Shown here one piece after another: positions 51,600 to 62,496 of a stretch of 64,000 nucleotides of DNA. The position numbers and the translations under genes are program-made. Origin of the DNA: Psammoneis japonica (lineage: Eukaryota); assembly GCA_008632985.1 (NCBI GenBank), contig QPGO01000219.1:1-64000 (forward strand). Direction: 5' to 3'. The notes beneath the pieces are model-generated. The model searched no databases. It was given only the letters and a program-made list of their open reading frames with translations, and had not been told where the DNA came from. The first letter of the stretch is position 1. Every line of letters begins with the position of its first letter.

Positions 51600-52500
51600 T
51601 GATGGGAATCTCGTGCATGAAGAGTTCTTTGTCAACAGACCTTCTCTTGGCGAGCTGCTTCCTCTCGACAGAGAGCAACAAAATGTGCAATCCTTCAAAT
51701 TGGTGATTTTCAACATCAGCAGCTTTGTCTTGGCTCTGACTGATGTTGTGTTTGTGATGGGCTTCTTGCTGATCACATCTTCCCTGCAGGATGACTGGAG
51801 CAACGAGAGTTGCTCAACTGGCAAGCTTTCTCAGTCAGAAACGTTGTCCAAGGTTGCCCTCCGAGGTGGAGCAGAGTTCAACAATGCCAAAAGCCATCAG
51901 CAATGAGCTCTGGCATGGCTTCAAGACAATGCGAATCTAACTCGCTGCTCTGAAGCAAAGAAAGTCCAGTGCAGAACCGCACCTGGATTTCAGCGGACAA
52001 GTGGCTGTCGGACGCGGAAGAATGCACCGGTGCATGCAGCACGTTGTCTGCGATCTATCGGCGATCGGATCTATCGGCAGGTCTGTCGTTGCACTCGAGC
52101 TCCCAAACAATCGTCTCGCATGTCCTCTCCACTGGCGAGGTGCATCTGCACAATGACTTTGCTTGTAAATGGCGGAGGCGACGGGCATTGTTTCCTCCAC
52201 TGGTTGACGAACCGGCGTCGCTTGAATGCTGGCTCGAACGACTTCATCTACGAAGGCATCCCGCTCCAGTTTGGCAAGCTAACGTATTTGCTTATTTTGT
52301 CCAGGACATTTCGAACTTGGGCTACTCGTGGAAGAGGAAAGGTATTTCAAGGATTGCGTGTTCTATGTATACATAAGAGCTGAGAATCGGCGGGAACTAC
52401 GTCAACGGTCCATTCCGATGGAGATTGGCAAAATCAAGTCTCTCGAGTACCTGCATGTTGAAAACGCGGGCATTACTGGCTCCTTCTAAGAACATTACGA
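51600..52500 (+). pseudogene. Leucine-rich-repeat receptor-like protein pseudogene
   Basis: Hydrophobic segment, then ALAWLQDNANLT..SEAKKVQ, KWLSDAEEC, GIPLQFGKLTYL and PMEIGKIKSLEYLHVENAGITG, in changing frames with stops. Confidence 0.7.
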
Positions 52501-53329
52501 GCATTTCTCCCACGAAAAACACCCAGAGCAAGAAGCTCGTTTCTCCTGAAACCGTCCCAGCTTCATCAACGACACGCAGAAAGAAGATATCAAGCCCCCT
52601 CAAAAAGTTTATGGATATTTCCCCTTTCCATAAAAGCTTATTGGAATGGACTTAGGCGACATGGATTCTCTGGCTATCGTCTGTGTATCAGGATGATATG
52701 ATGTTGGAAAAGGATATGTTTGGAGTTAACCATAAATTATCATCCCCGATGGTTGATATGCGTGTTAATCCGCTCACCATCCAGCCTAACCAATGCGCAT
52801 CCACCACAGGCGCCGCCTCTAACAAAATTGGCTGAACGTTAGTCAAGTGGGTTGCTCAGCGAAGGCGACAAGTACGTCCATGACTTGGATCCGTGGTGGA
52901 TTGCCATCCGCTGTGTCGCCCATGACCTTTATGCAACAAAAGGCACTGGGAAAGTCTTGCAAGAAGACTCTCTTCAGTGCTCGGATGACGATATGGATTC
53001 AGATCTGTCGTCGTGACGGACGATTCAGAGTACCGGGATGCCTCTGCTGCCAGGATAGGAGCGCTGCCTAATACTCAAATGAGTCGGGAAGTCTCTCTGT
53101 TTGAAACCAAATTCTGGAGGATTTGGAGTTGCCCAAGGTGACTACGGTGCTATCCTGACTGCTCCACCACTTGGTTCTTCAAACTTCCCTATTGACCAAA
53201 AGCAAAACCGCAACAAGCTGACGTTGCACGCTTCTCCTCCATTGCCCTTAAAGAATCAACCCATGCCCTCGCCAACCCTACACCACCAGCTGTGACCCCA
53301 CCCACGCCACCATCGATTCATAACATTGG

Positions 53330-55345
53330 CGGCTCAATCATGCCACCGATTAAGGAATTGTCATGTGATTCATCTGCTAATGAGGACGCATAACTGCAGC
53401 AATCGGAAGACAAGTGATGATGGCAATTTGTGTTCCCTGATTTGTTGGAATCGCATCAAATTTGTTCTTACCCCGCTTCCGTGGGTAGAAACAGTTCTTG
53501 TGACAAACGAGGACGGGTCTATGTATTACGTCGATCCACCCAGCCTTACGTGTCGTATGGCGAGATACTTCCTCTTTAACCCCGAAGACCCCGGGGTCAC
53601 CTCGCTGCAGCAATTGGTGTGGGCATTGAATTTAGGAATCGCTATCGGAGTCTGCACTGCCTTGTGGGAGAATATCATTAAATTTCGTGTGAAGTTCATG
53701 TGAAAGACTGTTTCTGAGCTACTGTACATGATGGGAGTCTTTACCGACTTGGATGGGCATTCCCTCTTCTCACTACATTTGGCTTTGCCCATCTATTTTT
53801 TGGCGGGGTAAGTCTTGCTTCACATCGGTGGGTTGCAATTTTGTTTATTCTGTTTGGTCCATCTAACCGTCTACCTCTTGCTCGTATCATGTTGCAGGTT
53901 CTGTCTTAAATCTTGTCGTTTTACGGGTCCGAAAGCTATTCCGGGGCAAATTGAATGTATCAAGTCGCTGAATTCCAGGGGGTTCAGGGCTCTGATGCCT
54001 TTGTCAATCTCTTGTTTTGTTGACTGTCGGAATGGCGCCTGGTCTATCCTTGGGACCCGAGCTTCCCCTAATTCTGACTGGTGGCATGATTGGCTCCTAC
54101 TTGGGTGTCGTGACCCAACAGTCAGTCTTGTCTGCAAGAGCCATGAACTTGACGTCTGCGTCGTCGGCGGCAGCAGCTGGCTTCTTCGGACTTCCCATTG
54201 TGGAGGCACTTTTTGTGCTAGAAGCACCCCATCGAATGGGCTTGCAGCTCTCTAAAGCACCTTCATTCGAAAGTATTGCGTCTATTATCCCCGTTTTGGT
54301 AAACCGCGTGATTCTGAGGAATGGTGTCACAGGCTTACTGCAACTACATTGCCATTGTTTACGGCCTCGTCGGTGCTGTTCTTGGTGTGATTTACTGCGA
54401 TGCCGTCAAGAAAGTCAAAGTCTGTGAACGATTGGCTTCATGACACACACGCGGACGAGATCGAGCAGGAGGAGGACGAGGAGGAGAACAAAAAGATAGA
54501 TATTGTCGGAGACGTTGAGAATGGAAACGCCGGGCTCGAAGACGACTCCTTTCGCAAGACCAACCCTTGATGCGTTCTAGCTCACTTCTTACTCAAAGGG
54601 TCGGAAACGAGAGCTTGAGTCTCTCGGAAATGATGCGGAAAACGTCCAGCAGACTATTACGAATGTGTGGTATTCGGCATGAACCAGCTCGAGCTACCGT
54701 AGCTGGGATACTGGCCTGTTTCTTCACGGACGTTACGAGTATGTTTGTCCCGCATGTACTCTTTTTGGGAGAAGCCCAATTTCAGACCCTCATCGACAAG
54801 GGCAGAACACCGCTTCCTGTACTTGGAGAAGAAGGGAACCAACCGCTGATCTCATTGCCTTTGGCTATTGTTTGAGATGCGGCTGCGATTGAAGCACGGT
54901 TCAGGGTTGGCTGTGCGGCTTACACAACTTTGCAAAAATCATCGTTGCCGGCCTTAGCTTGGACACTGGCATAGTTGGAGGGCCTTTTTGGTGGCCACTC
55001 TTCGTTGGATATGCGGCTAGCCACCTCTTTACAGATGTAGTCAGAGTGTTGTCGCATTGGACTGGAATGTGCGGCACCGGTGTTCAAGGTACCTGGACAT
55101 GAGCAGTACCGGCCGTTGCTCTCGTAGCATCTCTATGAGTAGCCGAAAGAGTGGTTCAGAAGAGCTATTAACTCGTTTCTATTTTGGTGAATTGAAAGAG
55201 TTCCATCCTTCTTTGTTTGATGGATCACCCCAACGAGCTGAATCTGTGAATCGCCCACCATCTCTTCCGAAAGCGGGTTGGCGTACCATTCGACAAGAAC
55301 TCAGTTGTGATACCGGTATCGGAAATAGCTCTGGTTGGCGTTGAG
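53330..55345 (+). pseudogene. CLC voltage-gated chloride channel family pseudogene
   Basis: GLSLGPELP (GxExP motif), AAAGFFGLPI..ALFVLEAPHRMGLQ, PHVLFLGEAQFQTLIDKG; multiple stops and frameshifts. Confidence 0.75.
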
Positions 55346-56729
55346 CAACGGCGACATCCATTGGAACTAGAAATCGGCGTGTACACGACGTTTGCGTAAC
55401 TCCATTAGACTATTTTCAGTTTGGTGTATCACATAACGCTATATCTAGATTTGTTTTCTCTAATGCCTTCATTCTCGAGCATAACCCAAAACGCTCGCGA
55501 ATTTCGAATATTTTGTTTTTGTCTAGTAGAGAGTATCGTAGCGAGCTACTTTGTAATTGAGATGGCTCGAATAACCCCCAGACAAGCGGGCGATCAGCGT
55601 CGCAATAATCCAGCACATATCGATGACAAGCCTTGGGGCATACCATAACGAGCACCCCAGCGTGTACCCCATCTGAAAGAAAGAGGAGAGCGGTGTAGTA
55701 CTAAAGCAGAAACAACGACAACACAATATGCAACGACATCGCAAGCGCTACGACCGTCATCGCAGTCCATTGACATGCGTACGGAATAACTTACACGCAA
55801 ATAAGGAATACTATCTGGTACTTTTAGTTTTTCTACTTCTATTGTAAAGGTTCAAAGAGTGTTTCAATAAAATTGAGACACCATGGACTCAAGGCCGGAG
55901 AGACGCACTCGATTTGCCCCGACCTCCGGACTTAACTGGCAACACCTACGCCACCTAGAGACAACACGCCATCAAGCTAAATGAGTTGTGGAATGCCAAA
56001 CGAATGCAAGGTCTCAATCCAGAGGAAGGGCGAGCCATCCTTGGCGATAGCGGCATTCCGGCTTGGCAAACAACAAGCACATGGTGCGAGACGACGAGTT
56101 GTGATCGAAACGAAAGAATTTCCGAGACAGAGATTTGTTTGTTTCGTGACCGTTGCTAAATTTCTCAATCACTATCATTTTGTGTGTATCTTTGTAGAAT
56201 TACTACCATGATTTCGTATGTAAAAGATTCGTGGGAACTCGGTACTTTCCAAATTATTACTAATTCCTACGTACACTTTACGGTAACCGTCGAAAATGCA
56301 AAAGACTTGCCGAACGACGGACTGACGGAAAAATCTTCAAATTTCCAAATCCATCTGGAAAATCGTCCCCCAAAGCAAATTTGATGTTGAAGAGCACAGA
56401 ATCAGATGATGATGAAGGTCAAAGTGAACACAGATTGAAGATAAAAATGGTATCTCTGAAGAGAAGATGGAATCGAGACTCTCTAGAGTAAGAGTCAACT
56501 GAGAAGAATGGAGAGTGAAGAAGATATATTTGTCGAGTCGCCGTCGTCAGCGGATCCGGAGCTGACGCAATCGCGATCTGCTCGCATTCGAGCTATATCC
56601 ATCGCGAACGCGTAGAGAAATTGGACGGGACTATATTCTCCGATTGATCGATGGCCATTTCTTTTAAGTTGCGCTTTTTTGGTGATTGCCAATGTTGCAT
56701 TCTCTTTCTTGTTGCTCGTGGGGTGGTAA

Positions 56730-57280
56730 TGTGTGAGCCTTGTACGGATTGTGAACCTCGAAAGCTTTGGTTACAATTGGTCTATTCAAGTGCTTGCTGG
56801 TTTGTTCACGTACATGGTGAGAGTCTTATTGCCCTGGAGAATGGCCAACTTTTGGTACACTGTTGGTTGCGGTTTACGGAAGAACACTCCAGGCCTCGAT
56901 CTCCACGTCCTACCCACCAAAGACATTTGGAACGTAGGTGTCTTCGAACTGTCTTCTTGTTTGTTTGGATTGATTGGCGTATTGATATGTACAATGTTTC
57001 GTCTCTCGTCTCTTAGCCCTTGTTCCTTCTTTAAAAGCGTGAGACTCATCTACTGCTGCTATGAGCTTCAGGCAGAACATGGATTTTAGAGGTTACTACA
57101 TTTTTTTAAGATGAGTTTCACGTTTGCATTTCTGGCCTTCATATAGATGTCATTGGAGACCGTCAGATTACGACGGGCGAATCCAGGGTTCTTTGCGGAT
57201 GGAGAGTCTCCCGCCGACATGGTTAAGAAACACTGGAAAAGGTATTGTTGCCGCATGTTGAATGTGTGGGAAAGCTGAAG
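56730..57280 (+). pseudogene. Fragment of a hypothetical membrane protein
   Basis: YNWSIQVLAGLFTYMVRVLLPWRMANFW...PGLDLH..PTKDIW reads as protein-like but is interrupted. Confidence 0.35.
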
Positions 57281-57421
57281 ATGAAAAACAGTGACGCTGA
57301 AATGGAAATTGCAGAAAGTGACCTGGGCTACTTTCTTGGACTAGCTGTGAGTTTATCGCCTATTTTCAATTTTATCATAAAGTAGATATTGTGAATAATG
57401 AGAAAACATGTTTTTGGAGCT

Positions 57422-60400
57422 TCACTTTTTCTTTTTCGTCCTTCGGTTGTTTTGCGCCTCCTTTAATTTCGTTTGTAACGCTTCTGAAGCACGAGCGTCT
57501 TTCTTATTCTTGACTGGACCTTTGCTGATGGGTGTGGTGAGAAGCGCGCCATTGATAATGGTTCGATAAGTGCTTCCCTTCCCATCAATCGTTCTTCCGT
57601 GGGACGTTTGAACCTTGTTGATTTGCGCGTCCAAAAATGCCATATCGTCTAGTTCATCCAACTCGTGATCAGTATCTTTTGTCGACGCTCCGCCACCAAG
57701 CTTTTGGGCATTCTTCTTTTTTGCTTTTTTCTTCTTCTTTGGTTTCGGTTGCTTTTTACATTGAGACTCCTTGCTTTGAACAGCGGCCGAGGCACGAGCA
57801 GCTCTTTCTTTCGCCAAGTCGCCCAAGAGACTGTTCATTCCTGACTTTGATGGATTATTTGTCTTCACTTCCGCATGAACTTTCTCTTCTTTATCGTCTT
57901 CTGAATCGACGTCCTCGCCCAATTCTAACGCTGTAAACGCTGACATGGCCATTGCCGGCTCCTCGCCGAAAGCATCATCATTGGAAGCATGACTCGCATC
58001 ACCCGGCGGCGTGACTGACTCTTCTAGCTCATTCTCGGGAGTAACTTCAGATGCCTCTGCTTCTTCCACGGTTGCGGCAGCTTCTGGTTTAGGAATCGTC
58101 ACCTTGATGCGACGGTTCTTGCCTTCCGTGCCTTCACTGACGTGTTCCAGATGCAGTTCCTCCGCGATCTCGTGTACGAGCTTTCTATCAAGCTTGGACA
58201 GCTCAGTACTCAAGATCATCTCGGCGCCTGGTTCATGGCTAGAGACAAACTCTTGAATCGTTGTTCGCAAGGCAACCTTTTGGTCCTCGGCACTCGGTGC
58301 TTTGTATGCAGCTTCGCTTCGAGGCTTGACCGGCTTCTTCGTCGTATCCGCCTTTGTTGCATCCTCCATGATGATTCTTTCCAAGTCCAACTCGGCTTGT
58401 GCGAGATCACACGCATATTGGCCCTCCACTGAATCAGACATGAGTTCGAATGCCGAGCGCTGTTCTCCGTGCTCTTCGATCCAGTCGATCAAGTTCTTCA
58501 AAAACGGACTCTGGGATACAGTGTCGGTGTCGGCGACCACACAACAGTGTCGCTTGGCTCGGGTGACAGCGACATTCAGACGTCGATCGTCCTTGAGAAA
58601 CCCAATACCCTTGATCCCTCCCCGATTGCTGCTACGGACAAGACTCAGAACAACCGCCTCCCGCTCGCCTCCCTGGAATCCGTCTACCGAGCGAATCTGA
58701 AGCTTTGGTGCGTCGGGCAGAAGAGCCAAACGAAGAATCTCGACTTGACCATTGTAGGGAGTAATCACGGCAATCTGATCTTGCTGAACACCCATTTCAA
58801 TCAGCTTTTGGACGTGCTGAATGACCAGCTGAGCCTCTCCTTCGTTGAAGCGGGACCCAGCAGCATTCTCGGACTCGTGCATATCACACCCCGCAGTGTC
58901 AATCAGCAATAGCGGTGTTTCCTCCAGTCCACAAGTATCATCCAAACCGACGCCAACGGGGGTTGTTCCATTCAACTGTGCAAGAGTCCGGTCCCTGACA
59001 GTTTTGTGTGTCTCTAGTTGTCCATGATAAAGCGCCTGACTTGCCCAATTCGCAATCCTTTCGTGCATGCGATACTGAACCTTGAGCATCCGCGAAACAC
59101 GGCCTCCACCACTGGTGTCTCCATACAATTGCATGACGCGTTCAAACATGGTAACAGCTAGTCCTTTCTGTACAAAAGGATCGTTGCTTTGGATAGTCGG
59201 TGGTAGCTGACAATGATCTCCTGCCAGGACCAGTTTTGTTCCTGCCTGTAGTGCAGGGATCCAACAAGCAGCTTCCAACGCCTGCGCGGCCTCGTCGATC
59301 ACAACCATGTCAAATCGTTGATCCCGTAGCAACTTTTGATTTGCCGCTCCAACACACGTGGCGAGGATAACGTGTGCATTGTCCATGAGCTCCTGCACTA
59401 CCCGTTCTTCCCGCGTCCGCAGTTCTTTCCGAAGTACCTTGACTTCACGGTATGCCAGGCGCTTGTCCCCGCCCCGGCCATTTAGTATTTTCAAATAGGA
59501 CTGTAGTTCGGAACGAACGTCATTAACAATCTCGGTTCCATCCGCACCTTGTACAAGTGCCTCCAAGCTGTAGGGCAAAATGGAAGTTTGCAATCGCGCG
59601 GGATGTCCAAGGCGCACCACCTTGAGCCGCTGTCTTTTCGTATTGCGACTTGTCTTCTCACCAACCAGCTTGCTCAACACGTTATCCACCGCAACGTTGC
59701 TAGGAGCTGTCACCAGTACCTTCCATCCATGTAGCTTGACCGCTTGTTGAATAAGTTCAACGACGGTAGTCGTCTTTCCCGTTCCTGGCTGTAAAGAAAT
59801 GAGTTAGTATCGAATCGTCCGTGTCAAACTCGATTTGCCTTGCAATCTGAACGTACCGGTCCGTGAATCAACGAAATGGGTTGACTCGTTGATAGAGAAT
59901 AGGAAATAGCTTCTCGCTGACTCGAGTCTAGATTCTGATTGATTGGGTGAAAGTCCTGCAACGGAACAGATTCTGGGTTTGCGGGAACGTCAAAAAGTGC
60001 CTGTACAATCTTGGATGCAACTGGATGGCCCGCGCCCTTGCTATCGAGTTCATCCAGAGCACTGACAATTTTACGATGCACTTCAATGTTGCTTCGAGGA
60101 AGTAACGAATAGGGAGGATTTCCTATTGCCGTTTCTTCACTATCGTCGTCATCGGCTTTCTGTGTTTTGTTCTTTTTTGCTTGAAACAACGCGACAGAGA
60201 TGGACCTGTCTGACACTGCGCTAACCACTCCAGAACTGTTGTTGCTGCTGCTGTTTCCACTTCGAATCTCTACTTCATCTCCCGTGGTGAACTTATGAGC
60301 AGGTAAAAGAGCATCGTCGTCCTTGGAAAACACCACCACGGTACGTCCATACAATCCAACAGAGACGTCGGCCGAGCTCAATTGATGGAGGACATGAGAC

Positions 60401-60492
60401 TTCTTATCTTCAGAATCTGATTCACTGTGCAACTCAACTTCTAGCCATTCTCGCTGCTGTTTGCAAAAGTCATGGATGGCGGCATCTGTCAT
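57422..60492 (-). CDS. IGHMBP2: SF1 Upf1-like helicase SMUBP-2/IGHMBP2 with R3H domain; intron 59789-59856
   Basis: Spliced Walker A IHGP|PGTGKT, TAPSNVAVDN, VIDEAAQALE, LAGDHCQLPPTI, VDGFQGGERE, RRLNVAVTRAKR; R3H motif DRKLVHEIAEELHLEH.S. Confidence 0.93.
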
Positions 60493-60719
60493 GATTGAGC
60501 AACGTCGTGTACCTCGCAGGCCCTACTCTAGAAATGCTCCGCCATGGTCTTCTCTCGTTGCGCATTATTTCTCCAGCGACTTGACGCTCATTTTTTCTTC
60601 GAGCGACTTTTTTCGCGCAGCTCCGTGTCTCTCATTTTTTTCATTTTTTTGTTCCATCAAGACGAATTCAAATTCAGCCTCGATGGCGGTCATTTGCCGT
60701 ACTGTACTTTGTATCGACA

Positions 60720-61323
60720 TGGCGCATAATACCAACTCAAACCAATGCAGCCCTTTGGCGCTTCATAATGACGACGACTTTAACAAGAGTCCGTCTCAAT
60801 ACGACTGGGATATAATTTGAGAACGGTGCGGAATCCGCGGATCGCCGCAACGGCGTTGGCGCGATGCTTGCCGCGGCAAATGCCAAGAGTTCGCCGACAA
60901 GCGTTGCAAGCTCTACTGATAATAGTGATGAGCATGAGTCTATGGATTACGATGCTCGAGATGATGACAAGGAGAACCGCCGGAAAAGTACCGCAACCCA
61001 TGCACCCGTTCCGCGCCGGAAGAAGCGATCCATAGATGAGGACGATGAGGACGATGACGAGCGAGTTGGAGGGGATTATTCGGGTTCCCTCGTTACCACC
61101 CAAGCCCAAACTCGTCAAAGAGGTGAAGCTGAGCGAGCCTCCAAAGGATGTGAAGGCTACAAAGAAACAAGGCGTGGCGAAATTGCACGCCGAGCTCCGC
61201 AAAGCTCATGATGTGTACAACACCCTGTTTCCGCAGTATGAGTTGGAGCATTCCTGCCTGTCACAAGTGTGCCCCGCTGCAAAGGATTCTGAAAAGTTGC
61301 AATGGCGACTGGTCCAGGATTGA
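60720..61323 (+). CDS. Hypothetical charged protein, frame-broken
   Basis: ATG at 60720, divergent from the helicase. Protein-like pieces (DDKENRRKS..., PSLPPKPKLVKEVKLSEPPKD) lie in different frames. Confidence 0.35.
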
Positions 61324-61899
61324 GAGATTGCAACAGGACAACAAGCGCATAAATTCAATGAATGCTTCCACTTTGGTGCAAATTACAGTTTCGAGTCGGG
61401 CATGTCAATCAACTTACAGTATCTCGTTCAACCAAGCTGCATTTCTTCTTTAGTGGTGGCCAACAACAATCCAAAACTTGAAATGTAAAACCGTTGACAG
61501 GCAATCGCCGTTGCTCTAGCTTCTATTCAGACCACCACTGCCAGCTAGCAGCAGCTACTCTCTATGTTGCTCTCTGGCTTCTAGTTCTATTTACATAGAC
61601 CATCACTACTAGCTAGCTAGTAGTAGCAACTATCTACTCTACTAGAGTAGAGAGAAGAGTAGTGCCGATACAATTCACTACACATTAGACTACGTTACCA
61701 CGAGATTTGCTTCCCGGTACGGGGAGGTACAAAGAGCAATTCGATTTGTGTAGCATCTTGGTATGTTTCTACCATTTCATTTCTTCAGTAGAAGCGTACG
61801 AGTTAGCCAAGTACTGACGAACAATGCGCTATTCTACACCACACTACAACACGTAAATACAAATCTACAGCTAATACAAGTTCTATCTGTTACATCTAC

Positions 61900-62290
61900 T
61901 CTAGCTAGACTTGGAAGCCGCAGTGGCGGTACGCGGACTCCACATCCGTGTGCGTGAAAAATGGTCCTCACCCCAGAAAAGGCGGTCGTCCAAACTAGCA
62001 GAAAGGTGTTGTACACTAGATAGTTCCACAGTAACTCAATTGGGTTCATCTCAGGGGCTCGGGGGTGGGAGGAGCACGAGGCCAACTCGAAAGTTGTCCC
62101 ACAACCGCTCATCCAAAATGTCATTGTCACCAGCAACGTGGATCTGTGCATTGTCACAAACAAGCACGTCTTCTTGGTGGCTTTGCGTGAAAAAAGGCTT
62201 CTCTCTGTCCAAGTCTGCTCCCTCTGTTGGTGCATGTACGGCCGGTAATGCTCTAGCCCTGCAGCACTTGTGACTGAACAGGAAAAGCAA
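61900..62290 (-). mobile_element. IS630/Tc1-type DDE transposase C-terminal remnant
   Basis: VLVCDNAQIH...LVLLPP.SP followed, after a frameshift, by PEMNPIELLWNYLV. Confidence 0.8.
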
Positions 62291-62496
62291 AGCGGGGTTG
62301 AAGTTTCAGTTCCATAGATTTGCATTATGTTATATCGCTACTGGTTAAAGAAATAGATGATGATCCCTTGTGTACTACTATACATGGCTCTTGTTTGTTT
62401 CAAACGAGATTGCAAATATGAGTCTCGTCGTCGTTGTTGTATATCCCCAAAACAGAGCATTCCTACCCAAGTTCCCAATTACTAATAATGTAGGTT

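Larger units (their letters stand above)
24470..51940. other. Transposon graveyard, strongly depleted in both CpG and TpA and enriched in TpG/CpA
   Basis: Composition is visible directly. Nested fragments of Copia, Gypsy, LINE and DNA transposons; no intact host gene. Confidence 0.95.

Noticed and set aside
24470..51940. Hundreds of short Cys/His-rich ORFs as novel metal-binding peptides
   Set aside because: They are by-products of TG/CA enrichment and loss of TAA/TAG; the recognisable ones are broken TE proteins.
24470..51940. Alternative genetic code, or recoding of Cys/His codons as Tyr
   Set aside because: Depletion affects all frames and non-coding DNA, ORFs are full of stops and frameshifts, and flanking genes use the standard code.
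24470..51940. Classical fungal RIP or simple CpG methylation decay as the full explanation
   Set aside because: RIP raises TpA and AT content. CpG deamination does not remove TpA or turn Tyr codons into Cys/His.
24470..51940. Endogenous virus or horizontally acquired island
   Set aside because: No capsid, packaging ATPase or polB motifs were recognised; the content is a mixture of eukaryotic TE fragments.
57637..59027. Plus-strand ORFs overlapping the helicase, and similar ORFs antisense to other genes
   Set aside because: Antisense shadows of real coding sequence.
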